64,000 nt of DNA from Eledone cirrhosa (GCA_964016885.1 OZ024753.1:27590001-27654000), one strand, 5' to 3'. Counted from the first letter of the stretch, positions 13,984 to 30,489 are shown. Notes: generated from the letters alone by a model not told the origin. Numbers and translations: made by a program.

Positions 13984-14081
13984 AACTTTGAATAACTTTG
14001 AATAACTTTGAAATGTTTTGGCCAGTCTAACTTAATAGGCCATGTCTAACTTAATAGCACCACCTGGCGAAGTCTTTCAAT

Positions 14082-17000
14082 TCAGGATTTGGGCACCATG
14101 GCCCATTCGAGAAGAGAATTACTGTTTGCGGAGACATATCCGGGTGTGGGTGGTTTGTCCGGGATTACTTGGAGGAATTTGTCCAAAGACTTCTTGAATT
14201 TTGTATGGTCAGTTTCTGTTTTGACGTGTCCTGGTGTGATGTTGAAGAGAGCAGGGCTGATTGAGGTGAAATAATTGTGCCGTATTGTTGTTATGAGTTG
14301 CGATTTTGATTTTTGTATGGGACGGATAGCACGGGGCCCAAGCCTTGGGTGTATCTTGAAGGCGATGCCAACATCATTTGGGCAGTGATGATGGAACATT
14401 TTCCACATCATGCAGATAATATAACGCCCACGGCGACGTTGGAGTGAGTAAAGTTTCAGGTTTTCTAGTCGACCCCAGTAGTCAAGGTCTGACATGCCAT
14501 CTATCTTTTTCGTGATTGCCCTTTGAGGAGCTTCAAGTTTCATGATACTTTGTTTCGTGTGAGGAGACCACAGTGGACAACAGTATTCAAGGTGTGGTCG
14601 GGCAAAAGTAGAGAAGAGAAGGATAATGGTGTGGGAATCTCTCGACTGGAAGGTTCTGAGGATCCAGGAACACATTCTGCGGGCCATGTCAACTTTGCTG
14701 CTTATATGCGTGGCCCAGCTTATGTTGCTGTCCACGGTTACTCCCAAGTCTCTTATGTTGTTAGATGCCACGAGAGTTTCCCCGGAGGGAAGGGAGTACG
14801 GGAGTTTCAGAGCATCCTCTTTTCCAAAGTGGATCAGTTCGAATTTGTCTTCGTTCAGTAACATGTTGTTCTTTTCCGCCCATTGGGTAACAGCCAGTAG
14901 GTCTGACTGAAGGCTTATCCGGTCATCCACGCCATTGATGACCTTTTGGAGCTTGGAATCATCAGCGAAAATTTTAATGTTGCTGTGTTTGATGATGTCA
15001 GTGATGTCATTAATATAGATGATGAAGAGAAGTGGGCCCAACATAGTGCCTTGTGGGACCCCACTACTGACTTTGGCTGGGCTGGATTTGACTCCTTCAA
15101 CTACAACATGTTGGGTTCTGTTTGACAGGAAGCTCTTGATCCACTGCAGCAGCTTTCCAGTGACACCAATATTGGACAGCTTTCTCAGTAGAATGTTATG
15201 ATCAACCCTGTCAAAGGACTTGCTGAAATCAAGGTAGATAACATCAGTTTTGGAACCCTCTCCCAAGGCTCTCAAAATGTCATCAAAGTGATGCAGTAGC
15301 TGCGTCAGGCAATCCCTTCCATTACGGAATCCATGCTGGTTGGAGTTCAGCATATTGTTACTCTCAAGGAAGTGGGTCATTCGCGATCTCACTACTCTCT
15401 CAAATACCTTAATGATATGAGAGGTGAGTGAGATTGGACGGTAATTCACGGCAAGGGATTTGTTTCCCTTTTTGAAAACTGGGACAACAGACTGGGATAG
15501 AAGGTTTTCTGGCACATATCCAGCATCCAGTGAGTTCCGCCACAGATTGGCAAGAGGAGATGCAAGTTGGTGTTGACATGCCTTCAAGACACAAGCAGGG
15601 AACCTATCGGGACCTACTGCTGAATTATGCTTGATTTCCTTTATTGCCGCTAAGACATCAGGGGCGCCAAACGTTATGTCCGATAAGGTGTAATGGGGTG
15701 TAACATCGCCGATACAGCCCATATCGGCCATATCAGGATTGCTGAAAACAGAGCAGTATTGTTTCTGCAGTATCTCACCCATGGTTTTAGCATTGTCTTG
15801 AAGAGTGCCATTTTCATCAATTAGAGGGCCAACAGTAGAGCCAGTGATTTTGTGTTTTTTTGCAAATGAAAAGAACACTTTGGGATTGAGTTTGATCTTC
15901 TCAATGGCCCAGGCCTCTTCAGCTCTTCTCTGATTGTTGATGAGGGACATTATGTTGTTTTGGAGGTTATGTTTTTTAATCTCTAGTGATGAAATGGCAG
16001 TCAAGTTGATGTGTTGCTGCTGACAGTATTTCAGCTTGTTGATTTTTTTGTTCGTTCTCTTAATTTTTCTGATGAGCGTTTTTCTATTTCTAGGGATTCT
16101 GCTCTTAGAGTTGTTTATAGTTCTTAATGGGGTGTATTTAGCACATATGTTTGTAACAGTGTCCACAAATGTCTGCCAGGACTTTTTGATGTTAGTGGGT
16201 GTATGAGTGTGCGTGAAGGACCAGTCGACATGTGCAAGATCATGACTGATCGCTTCCCAGTTTGCATTGTGGAAATCCATAGCGTCAAACGGATGGACAG
16301 GAGAGATGACATTGAGTTTGTATATTGGACGGTGGAATCTCAGATCACAGAGAACCATGTCATGATCAGAGAGTAGAGTTTTCTCCACTGCAATATTGTG
16401 GATATTGTCAGTGTGATTGCTGAAAATTAAGTCTAGGACGTTTTTGTGGCACCTCGTTGGTTCGAGCACCAGTTGGGATAGGAAGAAATCATCCATGAAG
16501 TCAAGAAGCGATTCCACTGCTTCCCTGTCAGAGGTTGAGGCAGAAGAACCTGGTGGCAGGCTGTTTGTGGACCAGTCAACTCCGGGGAGGTTGAAGTCCC
16601 CCATCATTAAGATGTTGTCAGGGTGACACTCTTGGATGAAACACTTTATGCTGTTGAGGCATTCCTTGAAGCATGGTACAGGCGTTTGGGGTGGCCTATA
16701 GAGCCCAACTACTATTAGGTTGTTGGTTTGACTGAATACAGTGACTGCTTCACAGTATCCATTAGTGAATATGTTCATAGCCTCTGTTGAGAAAGAATTA
16801 TGGACATAAATGGCAGTTCCGCCCTTTCTTCTGCCAGCGCGATCAGCACGGATGGCTTTGAAATTTTTCACTTTCACCTCGGCTTCCAAGTGGAGGTTAC
16901 TGAGATGGGTTTCAGTGAGGACGAAGAAAGGGATGTGGTTTGGATGGACATCAATCCAGTCCTCCAGGAATTTGATCTTCCATTTTTGAGTATTGGTGGA

Positions 17001-17102
17001 AGGGCTGATGCCTTGGGCGTTAAGCAAAAATGTAGAGGCGAGAGTGGATGGTTTTAATTGTTTTGGTGTGTTGTTAATTTGTTTGTTTGTTAATGGCAGC
17101 AA
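14082..17102 (-). CDS. LINE ORF2: APE endonuclease + reverse transcriptase, uninterrupted 1006 aa (non-ATG start)
   Basis: LNAQG, LTETHL, GGTAIY, YRPP, MGDFNLP, LDLIF, SDH; NYRPISLTS, QHGFR, YLDFSKSFD, GVPQGTMLGPLLF, FADD. Confidence 0.95.
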   Translation of the reverse strand: MLPLTNKQINNTPKQLKPSTLASTFLLNAQGISPSTNTQKWKIKFLEDWIDVHPNHIPFFVLTETHLSNLHLEAEVKVKNFKAIRADRAGRRKGGTAIYVHNSFSTEAMNIFTNGYCEAVTVFSQTNNLIVVGLYRPPQTPVPCFKECLNSIKCFIQECHPDNILMMGDFNLPGVDWSTNSLPPGSSASTSDREAVESLLDFMDDFFLSQLVLEPTRCHKNVLDLIFSNHTDNIHNIAVEKTLLSDHDMVLCDLRFHRPIYKLNVISPVHPFDAMDFHNANWEAISHDLAHVDWSFTHTHTPTNIKKSWQTFVDTVTNICAKYTPLRTINNSKSRIPRNRKTLIRKIKRTNKKINKLKYCQQQHINLTAISSLEIKKHNLQNNIMSLINNQRRAEEAWAIEKIKLNPKVFFSFAKKHKITGSTVGPLIDENGTLQDNAKTMGEILQKQYCSVFSNPDMADMGCIGDVTPHYTLSDITFGAPDVLAAIKEIKHNSAVGPDRFPACVLKACQHQLASPLANLWRNSLDAGYVPENLLSQSVVPVFKKGNKSLAVNYRPISLTSHIIKVFERVVRSRMTHFLESNNMLNSNQHGFRNGRDCLTQLLHHFDDILRALGEGSKTDVIYLDFSKSFDRVDHNILLRKLSNIGVTGKLLQWIKSFLSNRTQHVVVEGVKSSPAKVSSGVPQGTMLGPLLFIIYINDITDIIKHSNIKIFADDSKLQKVINGVDDRISLQSDLLAVTQWAEKNNMLLNEDKFELIHFGKEDALKLPYSLPSGETLVASNNIRDLGVTVDSNISWATHISSKVDMARRMCSWILRTFQSRDSHTIILLFSTFARPHLEYCCPLWSPHTKQSIMKLEAPQRAITKKIDGMSDLDYWGRLENLKLYSLQRRRGRYIICMMWKMFHHHCPNDVGIAFKIHPRLGPRAIRPIQKSKSQLITTIRHNYFTSISPALFNITPGHVKTETDHTKFKKSLDKFLQVIPDKPPTPGYVSANSNSLLEWAMVPKS

Positions 17103-17714
17103 TGGGAGTTTGTGTAGTGGGGTGATAGTGGAGGGTGGTGCTGGGTGATAGCTCGAATGTTTTTTTCCAGTTCTTTTGCCAGATTCATTATGGCTAAAAA
17201 AGAGGAAGAAGTTTCCTGTTTAGAAGACTGTTGGTGACTGTGGTAGTGGTTATTTTTATGTAGGTTATGGTTTTTGTTTTTGCTTTTATTTTTAATTTTA
17301 TTTTCATTTGTCCGACGGGTCCCCGGGAGATGGGTAAAGGGACAATCCCGGTCTAAACACAATCTGTCTCGCAGGGAAAAGCGGCAGATTTGTGGATTCC
17401 TTGTTTGAGTTATTGGTGGTTGTGTTGGTGTTAAATTAGAGTATGTATTATGGTGGTGGCTGTTTGTGGGGATAGATCGTTTTGTCCTAGGTAAATGGGT
17501 GAATTTGCAGCCACTATCCGTACATATTCTATAGCGTAGAGAGTAGCGGCAAATGATGGGGTTTCGAGTGGGTGGGTATGTGGGTGTGTGTGTTGTGAGA
17601 GGTGTAGATGATGGTTTGAGTAGGATTTGACGACCTTTGTGGACTATGGGAGGGAGAGTTCTTGTACTGCTATTAGAAGGTAAATTCCTTGAGATAGCAG
17701 TAGCCAAAGATGTT

Positions 17715-17790
<76 letters not shown>

Positions 17791-18304
17791 GCAGAGAAGA
17801 AGATGTTGGCAGTGGTGATGATTGGACTGCTGGGCCAGAGAAAGGAAGTGGCGTTTCCTGCTGTGAGACAGAGGCTACTGGGAGGTCAATAGTTTCATTT
17901 AGTAGATCGGCCATTGTTGATGAATCAAGGAGTGGTTCACACTGTTGTTGTTGTTGTCGTTGTTGTTGTTGCTGTTGTTGATGTTGTTGTTGTAGCTGTT
18001 GTTGTTATTGCCGTTGTAGCTGCTGTTGTTGATGTTGCTGCTGCTGGACAGCATTCGAAAAAAAAACACACCGTAGTTTATCCAAATGTTTATTGATTAA
18101 TTTAAAAGCAATTTCGATTTGCTTTAATTTATTTTGAATCTGTTGTTCAGATCGAGTTTTCAAAAGTTGAACTGTACGTTTAGCAATGTCGTTCAGACAT
18201 GAAGCATCTATGTCTTCTGATTGGGTAAGGCAATGCCATGTGTTTATTAGAATGTCGATTTCATTATCAGACCAGTTCTGTTTGGATTTTTGCTGGTTAA
18301 CCAT
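17090..18304 (-). pseudogene. LINE ORF1: Myb/SANT-like N-terminus, poly-Q, poly-T and two CCCH zinc fingers; single TAA (probably from CAA) at 18005-18007
   Basis: ORFs 18005-18304 and 17090-17914 are in the same frame with only one stop between them; WSDNEIDILINTW..RSEQQIQNKLK; CRYSLRYRICTDSGCKFTH and CRFSLRDRLCLDRDCPFTH. Confidence 0.8.
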
Positions 18305-18714
18305 TCTAGTTTTGAGTGTGTGTTTTAGTTAAGTATTTCAATATATATATATATTTTTTTTTTATTTATTTTATTTTATTTATTTTTGTTTTTTGTTTTT
18401 CTTGTGTGTGAGTGAGAAGAGTATATATATAAATATGAGTATATATATATATATATATTCTGGTTATTTGAAATTAATTAAATTAATGAAAAGACGAAAG
18501 TATATAATAATAATTTGTAGTTAAAGGAAAATGTACTCACAAGTTGGAAAACACGTGGTTTCAAATATATAATAATATAGATGTATGTAAATGTATTAAC
18601 CGGTCAATTTTGGTTTGTTTGGTTTTGTTTTGTGGCTGTGTGACTTGCTGCTTACTCGGGGAGAGAAGTAAAAACACGTCCTTATACTTCAACTACTCAA
18701 CTGCAACATGTATA

Positions 18715-18822
<108 letters not shown>

Positions 18823-18836
18823 CTGCAACATATATA

Positions 18837-20298
<1,462 letters not shown>

Positions 20299-20305
20299 TA
20301 TATAT

Positions 20306-22021
<1,716 letters not shown>

Positions 22022-22052
22022 TATATATATATAATATATATATATAATATAT

Positions 22053-22114
<62 letters not shown>

Positions 22115-22122
22115 ATATATAT

Positions 22123-22396
22123 ATCTATCTATCTATCTATCTAAGGCGGGTAAAATTCCCGAGATCCATGGACGAGTTCTCTCCAGCGGTCTCTGTCCCT
22201 CATTATCGCTGCCATATCCTGCATCTCCAACAGACCAGTGTCTGTCCTTAGGGCATCAACATATGTTAACCTTGGTCTTCCTCTTCTAGTGTGTCCATGT
22301 AGGGGCTCCCAAAGGAGCAATGAGTGCAATGTCAACTCTGGATGTCGGTGAGCATGTCCAGCCAACCTCAGTCTCCTCTGTGTCACTTTTGACACG
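22123..22396 (-). mobile_element. 3' fragment of an RTE-like LINE with (TAGA)n tail; tiny second fragment at about 30033-30063
   Basis: RRLRLAGHAHRHPE..LLWEP..RRGRPRLTYVD..MRDRDRW is typical of RTE-clade ORF2 C-termini. Confidence 0.8.
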
Positions 22397-22434
<38 letters not shown>

Positions 22435-22463
22435 AGAAAAGATGAATATTATATATATATATA

Positions 22464-22495
<32 letters not shown>

Positions 22496-22512
22496 ATGTA
22501 ATATAAATATAT

Positions 22513-22571
<59 letters not shown>

Positions 22572-22573
<2 letters not shown>

Positions 22574-23020
22574 AAAGTTATATTTAAATTGTTGGGTTAC
22601 AACGAGTAAATATTTATAACTGATATAAAAGCACTCAACAAGTATTTGGAGTATATTTACGATATTAAATAAATGGAAATTATATTTATAAAACCATATT
22701 TATTTCACTATATATATTTCAGGGATATCATATTAAAAATATGTTATGCCTTCATCAGACAAAATACAATATAAACAGTCTTATAAATAGATAGATTCGA
22801 CATACCTTTCAACATCGACTTGCATTTGAAAAGTTGATTTGGTAGTAAAAATATTATGGACAGTTGTAAAAAGAAAGAAAGAAAGACAGAAAAACGAAGA
22901 AAAAGAAGAAATGCATGCAACAAAATAGAGAGAGATAGAAAGATAGATAGAGAGAAGAAAATCATGTAAAGAAACAGAGAGAGATATATAGAGAGAGGAA
23001 AACAATAGAGGGAGATAGAT

Positions 23021-23052
<32 letters not shown>

Positions 23053-26000
23053 AAATATAGAGAGATAGATATAGATAGAGATAGAGAGAAAGAAACTAGG
23101 TAGTTGAGCACCAGTTGAATGACGTATCAATGATACATTTATTTATTTATTTATTTGTTTTATTTAGCTCTAGTATTAATGTAGAGAGAGATATATGTGG
23201 TTAGGAGAGAAAACAGCCGTTATATAGAGAGAAAAAAAGAAAAATAACCAGACATAAACGAGGCAGATTTAAAACACTATGTTTCATCAATGCAGAAATA
23301 TTAGTTCGTATAAAACAGGCATTATAATGTAAATATCAGTATTCATGAATGAGACACGTATCTATAATGTGTGAAAAATAATGATCATATGTCTAGTTTA
23401 AAAATCCATAGGTCTACATCAGAGCCGAGATAAAATAGAAGGTTATCCCATATTCAATACTATAAACATGTGAATTTACGTGATCAGCTCTGCAAATTCC
23501 TATTTCACACGAAAACATTCTCATTGTGCTATAAAAATTCTAGTACACATATATGTGTACACACACATATATATATAGAGTCTATATTAATTTTAACAAT
23601 ACTATTCTTGTCTTTACTCTACATGATCATCGTTCAAGCAGAAATAGAGAACAGACACCAATACATTAATAAAAATATCAGAAACAAAAAATAAATAGAT
23701 AGAAAACTAAAAAATATTAAAATAAAAATATTAAAAAATATTTAAAAATATTAAAAAATATTAAAAAATATTAAAAAATATTAAAAAATATTAAAAAATA
23801 TTAAAAATAAAACATAGTATGCCCCGCAAATCCACCACAGAGATCAGCCCTTCAAAGTTAATCGACAATATATTGCCAAGTTCATTATAAATAGAATTAA
23901 ATAGAAAAAGAAAACGAATTACACAATTTTTTAATTACTTTAATCTAAAAATAGAAATTGAGAATAACCATAGAATAGTCAATTTCCTAGATGTAACATT
24001 AAATCTCAACACATGTCTTCACTATCCATTTCACAAATTGAATGAAAACTTAAACTATGTCAGCTTTAACTCTAACCACCCCAGATCTGTTAAAAATACT
24101 ATAGTAAATTCTGTTCAAAAACGTATCTCTAGAATCTCATCTAATAAAGAGATTTTCGACGAAAAAGCCCACTATTACAATGAAGCGTTAGCTAGAGCAG
24201 GATATAGTGATAAAATTATGTACATAGATAATGATAGACAAACTAAACAAAATAACAACTATTTTAATTACGGCCATAACTTTAACAGCTATAATAGAAA
24301 GCATTACAATAATTCCAAAAGCCAAAAAAGAAATAGAACTAGGAATATAATATGGTTTGCCCCCCCCCCCCCCCCTTTCTCACTAAACATTAAAACCCAC
24401 ATCGCTAAACTATTTTTTAAAGCTCTTGATAATCGCTTCCCTGGAACACATAGGTATCACTCAATTTTCAATAGACATACTATAAAATTAACATACTCAT
24501 CCACCAAAAATTTAGCACAAAATATTAATAGAATAAATAATAGGAACTTTAAACCTAGCCAAAATACCGATAATAGCATAAATAATATCCAAGTTAACAA
24601 ATGTAACTGTAGAGATAGATCTAAATGTCCGTTAAATAACAATTGCTTAGTTAAAAATATAATATACAACTGTAATGTTAAAACGGACTTTAATTCTTTT
24701 AACTACGTTGGTTCCACATCGACGGAATTTAAACTTCGCTATAATAACCACAAGAATTCTTTCACAGATCCAAGCAGAAAATCTTCAACAGCACTATCAG
24801 GCGTACTCTAGCAACTTAGACATGATAACGTTAGATATTCGACGGCTTGGAATATAGTCTCAAGAGGGATTCCTTTTAATTCATCCTCTGAGACATGTGA
24901 CCTCTGCGCGGAGGAGATATTCTTTATACTAAAATCTAAAAATTCCCTTAATTTACGGACAAATGTATTCAGTTGCTGCAGACATAGATTGAACTCAACT
25001 TTTAAATATAAATTTAAATTTAAATTTAAAATGTAGTTTATTTAGCTTGATTTGTAATTATTTATGAAACTCGCCGATAAATCTTTCGATTTCTTCTTTT
25101 TTATTTTAAACATTCTTCATGAATAATTAACTACCCTAATAGCTGATGCTCCAAATATATCGAATAAATTTTACACTAGATAAACTTCTATATTAAATAT
25201 AAGAACATATGTAGACCAAATGGGTATCCTAAACTTTTGGAATGTTTTCTGCTAGACAGGATTTGGTAAATAATTTTTGGTTTTGTTTGCTTTTGATTCT
25301 GATGATTATAATGAACTTGGCAATATATTGTCGATTAACTTTGAAGGGCTGATCTCTGTGGTGGATTTGCGGGGCATACTATGTTTTATTTTTAATATTT
25401 TTTAATATTTTTTAATATTTTTTAATATTTTTATTTTAATATTTTTTAGTTTTCTGTCTATTTATTTTTTGTTTCTGATATTTTTATTAATGTATTGGTG
25501 TCTGTTCTCTATTTCTGCTTGAACGATGATCATGTAGAGTAAAGACAAGAATAGTATTGTTAAAATTAATATAGACTCTATATATATATGTGTGTGTACA
25601 CATATATGTGTACTAGAATTTTTATAGCACAATGAGAATGTTTTCGTGTGAAATAGGAATTTGCAGAGCTGATCACGTAAATTCACATGTTTATAGTATT
25701 GAATATGGGATAACCTTCTATTTTATCTCGGCTCTGATGTAGACCTATGGATTTTTAAACTAGACATATGATCATTATTTTTCACACATTATAGATACGT
25801 GTCTCATTCATGAATACTGATATTTACATTATAATGCCTGTTTTATACGAACTAATATTTCTGCATCGATGAAACATAGTGTTTTAAATCTGCCTCGTTT
25901 ATGTCTGGTTATTTTTCTTTTTTTCTCTCTATATAACGGCTGTTTTCTCTCCTAACCACATATATCTCTCTCTACATTAATACTAGAGCTAAATAAAACA

Positions 26001-26103
26001 AATAAATAAATAAATAAATGTATCATTGATACGTCATTCAACTGGTGCTCAACTACCTAGTTTCTTTCTCTCTATCTCTATCTATATCTATCTCTCTATA
26101 TTT

Positions 26104-26139
<36 letters not shown>

Positions 26140-26502
26140 ATCTATCTCCCTCTATTTTTTTCCCTCTCTCTATATATCTCTCTCTGTTTCTTTACATGAT
26201 TTTCTTCTCTCTATCTATCTTTCTATCTCTCTCTATTTTGTTGCATGCATTTCTTCTTTTTCTTCGTTTTTCTGTCTTTCTTTCTTTCTTTCTTTTTACA
26301 ACTGTCCATAATATTTTTACTACCAAATCAACTTTTCAAATGCAAGTCGATGTTGAAAGGAATGTCGAATCTATCTATTTATAAGACTGTTTATATTGTA
26401 TTTTGTCTGATGAAGGCATAACATTTTTAATATGATATCCCTGAAATATATATAGTGAAATAAATATGGTTTTATAAATATAATTTCCATTTATTTAATA
26501 TC

Positions 26503-26503
<1 letters not shown>
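22572..26503 (+). mobile_element. 5'-truncated Naiad-like PLE (PLE3) with about 1.3-kb inverted pLTR at the 5' end
   Basis: 22659-23888 is the reverse complement of about 25309-26503; the central ORF fragment encodes RT thumb + GIY-YIG. Confidence 0.88.
23900..25036 (+). pseudogene. PLE RT C-terminus + GIY-YIG, with in-frame stop at 24809-24811
   Basis: VNFLDVTLNL, SNHP, IIWFAPP, CNCRDRSKCPLNNNC, NYVGST, then CDLCAEE and SCCRH after the stop. Confidence 0.88.
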
Positions 26504-26566
<63 letters not shown>

Positions 26567-26569
<3 letters not shown>

Positions 26570-28892
26570 TAATTTAATATATCAACTAACATAGGCGCAC
26601 AGATGCACGTCCATGCCAGCAAATACACAGGTTATGTCATAGTACCTAGGTGGTTCAATGCAGGAGGGTGCAGAACAATAATATAAAAGACGTAAAATAA
26701 GAAAATATTTTTTAAAAAATTTTTAAAAAATTTTTTTACTTACTTACTTAAACTTTCACTCCAACTAATTAGTTTCTGCAATGGGATAAAGACAGTTACA
26801 TAATCCAACTGTCGAGAATTCATTGCGTCATCAGGGAGTCTATTCTCAGCTGAGCCTCCAGGCAATGCGCGGACACTAGCGGCTCATATAAAAATAATAA
26901 TTCGGTAGAAAGAACAGCTAGGCGAGGACTGGATTCTATGTACTGAAATTCTCACTGCTTCTAGTCAAATGTCCGATTCTAAAGAATCAATCACGTGACA
27001 TAGAGGCTAGTTAGAAGGAATGGGATGGTAAGATGACTGACGCCTACTAACACCCCAAAAAAAATTTTGAAGTGGTTTTGGCAGGTTTGCTCGACAAATC
27101 AGTGATTTGGAGATAAATATAGATAATTTAATATATCAACTAACATAGGCGCACAGATGCACGTCCATGCCAGCAAATACACAGGTTATGTCATAGTACC
27201 TAGGTGGTTCAATGCAGGAGGGTGCAGAACAATAATATAAAAGACGTAAAATAAGAAAATATTTTTTAAAAAATTTTTAAAAAATTTTTTTACTTACTTA
27301 CTTAAACTTTCACTCCAACTAATTAGTTTCTGCAATGGGATAAAGACAGTTACATAATCCAACTGTCGAGAATTCATTGCGTCATCAGGGAGTCTATTCT
27401 CAGCTGAGCCTCCAGGCAATGCGCGGACACTAGCGGCTCATATAAAAATAATAATTCGGTAGAAAGAACAGCTAGGCGAGGACTGGATTCTATGTACTGA
27501 AATTCTCACTGCTTCTAGTCAAATGTCCGATTCTAAAGAATCAATCACGTGACATAGAGGCTAGTTAGAAGGAATGGGATGGTAAGATGACTGACGCCTA
27601 CTAACACCCCAAAAAAAATTTTGAAGTGGTTTTGGCAGGTTTGCTCGACAAATCAGTGATTTGGAGATAAATATAGATAATTTAATATATCAACTAACAT
27701 AGGCGCACAGATGCACGTCCATGCCAGCAAATACACAGGTTATGTCATAGTACCTAGGTGGTTCAATGCAGGAGGGTGCAGAACAATAATATAAAAGACG
27801 TAAAATAAGAAAATATTTTTTAAAAAAATTTTTAAAAAATTTTTTTACTTACTTACTTAAACTTTCACTCCAACTAATTAGTTTCTGCAATGGGATAAAG
27901 ACAGTTACATAATCCAACTGTCGAGAATTCATTGCGTCATCAGGGAGTCTATTCTCAGCTGAGCCTCCAGGCAATGCGCGGACACTAGCGGCTCATATAA
28001 AAATAATAATTCGGTAGAAAGAACAGCTAGGCGAGGACTGGATTCTATGTACTGAAATTCTCACTGCTTCTAGTCAAATGTCCGATTCTAAAGAATCAAT
28101 CACGTGACATAGAGGCTAGTTAGAAGGAATGGGATTTTTATATGAGCCGCTAGTGTCCGCGCATTGCCTGGAGGCTCAGCTGAGAATAGACTCCCTGATG
28201 ACGCAATGAATTCTCGACAGTTGGATTATGTAACTGTCTTTATCCCATTGCAGAAACTAATTAGTTGGAGTGAAAGTTTAAGTAAGTAAGTAAAAAAATT
28301 TTTTAAAAATTTTTTAAAAAATATTTTCTTATTTTACGTCTTTTATATTATTGTTCTGCACCCTCCTGCATTGAACCACCTAGGTACTATGACATAACCT
28401 GTGTATTTGCTGGCATGGACGTGCATCTGTGCGCCTATGTTAGTTGATATATTAAATTATCTATATTTATCTCCAAATCACTGATTTGTCGAGCAAACCT
28501 GCCAAAACCACTTCAAAATTTTTTTTGGGGTGTTAGTAGGCGTCAGTCATCTTACCATCCCATTCCTTCTAACTAGCCTCTATGTCACGTGATTGATTCT
28601 TTAGAATCGGACATTTGACTAGAAGCAGTGAGAATTTCAGTACATAGAATCCAGTCCTCGCCTAGCTGTTCTTTCTACCGAATTATTATTTTTATATGAG
28701 CCGCTAGTGTCCGCGCATTGCCTGGAGGCTCAGCTGAGAATAGACTCCCTGATGACGCAATGAATTCTCGACAGTTGGATTATGTAACTGTCTTTATCCC
28801 ATTGCAGAAACTAATTAGTTGGAGTGAAAGTTTAAGTAAGTAAGTAAAAAAATTTTTTAAAAATTTTTTAAAAAATATTTTCTTATTTTACG

Positions 28893-28898
<6 letters not shown>
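26567..28898. mobile_element. ORF-less HHR tandem element (retrozyme-like, family H), 554-bp unit: about 2.8 units (-) joined head-to-head to about 1.4 units (+) near 28135
   Basis: Units start at 26567, 27121 and 27675; 28135-28898 is the reverse complement of the unit. Confidence 0.9.
28190..28271 (+). ncRNA. Type I hammerhead ribozyme (family H); copies 28744-28825 (+), 26758-26839, 27312-27393 and 27867-27948 (-)
   Basis: ACUCC-CUGAUGA-C-GCAAUG...CAUUGC-A-GAAACUAAUUAGUU^GGAGU; palindromic stem III. Confidence 0.9.
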
Positions 28899-28984
<86 letters not shown>

Positions 28985-29062
28985 TAATATATATATATAT
29001 AATAAATATATATATATATATAATATATATATATATATATAATATATATATATATATATAAT

Positions 29063-29646
29063 ATGATAATAAGGGCGCTGCGGAGTTGCAAATGGGCTAC
29101 ATATGAAAAAAGTTTGTCCTTCATCAGTGATCTTCCAACTATCATAGACATTTCATCGCTTTAAAGACCATATACCTCCGGTTGGTGCGAGCAACGGCTA
29201 AAAAAAGTCGTTGGGACACGTAAATAAAGGGGACGCGAGGGTAAACAAACAAAATGGTGAGGCAACAGAAAGTGAGGAAGAAGGAGACAAGTCCCAGATT
29301 TCTATGAATTTAAGTTCGGTGAAATCGTGAACGAGAGAATAAAGACCATCAAACCTGGTTGGAATGTGAGCAAGGAAGGAATTTCGCACAGGTCTAACGG
29401 GAGGAAGAAGGGGTCTGGTCTGCGAAATCGGTAAACATAAGTTCTGTGAAATCGTAGACGAGAGAGAAAAAATTCTGACCAGCTTGGCCGAGAATGTGAG
29501 AGAAAAGAGTTACTCACAGGTCAAACGGGAAGAAAGAGGAGGAGGAGGAGAGGTAGTGACAGAGAATGAGTGAGTGAAGGGTGAGGTGAGGAAGAGGCTA
29601 ACAGAGAGAGAGACTGCTAGAAAGGGTAAAGATACATAGAACGAAA
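29063..29646 (-). mobile_element. Diverged copy of the ORF-less 621-bp family I
   Basis: Aligns by eye with 30748-31327. Confidence 0.7.
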
Positions 29647-29665
29647 AATATATATAATATATATA

Positions 29666-29717
<52 letters not shown>

Positions 29718-29754
29718 ATATATAATATATATAATATATATAATATATATATAT

Positions 29755-29985
29755 AGTAATAATAATAAATTTGAAGAATAAAATCCAAAGAGGGCTCGAT
29801 AAGGATAAATATATATCAAATATATAAGAACCGTAGAGCAAATATTTATTAAAATAACAGATTAAAGTTTGAGAAAACAATCGCTGCTTTCACCCTTAAC
29901 GGGATCTTCTGAAACTAACAAAGTCAATCTGTAAACGCAGAAGTGGATCAAAAAACGTTGCAACCGGAGGAAGACAGGAAGACGA
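29755..29985 (-). mobile_element. pLTR 3'-end fragment of the PLE2 family
   Basis: Reverse complement of about 13021-13256. Confidence 0.8.
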
Positions 29986-30076
29986 TATATAATATATATA
30001 TATATATATAATATATATATATATGTATATAATATCTATCTAAGGCGGGTAAAATTCCCGAGATTGTATATAATAT

Positions 30077-30134
<58 letters not shown>

Positions 30135-30151
30135 ATATATATATATATATG

Positions 30152-30207
<56 letters not shown>

Positions 30208-30374
30208 TATATATAAATAATATATATATATATATATAATATATATATATATATATAACATATATATATATAATATATATATATATAATATATATATATA
30301 TATAATATATATATATATAATATATATATATAATATATATATATATATAATATATATATATATATAATATATAT

Positions 30375-30408
<34 letters not shown>

Positions 30409-30489
30409 ATATATATATATAATATATAAATATATATATAATATATATATAATATATATATATATAATATATATATATATCATATATAT

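Larger units (their letters stand above)
13983..18708 (-). mobile_element. Apparently full-length APE-RT LINE (CR1/L2/Proto2-like group; clade not determined)
   Basis: 5'UTR, ORF1, intact ORF2, short 3'UTR and (TTATTCAAAG)n tail at 13983-14012; flanked by (TA)n. Confidence 0.92.

Noticed and set aside
13119-14005. Long YI/IY-rich ORFs (also the VC/YM/HT-rich ORFs at 18.5-19.4, 29.5-30.9, 34.3-35.4, 38-41.4, 50.6-51.2 and 57.9-58.3 kb)
   Set aside because: Translations of (TA)n, (TG)n and (CA)n microsatellites that lack stop codons; no protein signal.
25295-25340. CUGAUGA at about 25299 as an additional hammerhead
   Set aside because: No GAAA box in a position giving credible stems II and III.
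22572-26503. DNA transposon with long terminal inverted repeats
   Set aside because: The internal ORF is PLE RT/GIY-YIG and the inverted arm is a copy of its own 3' region.
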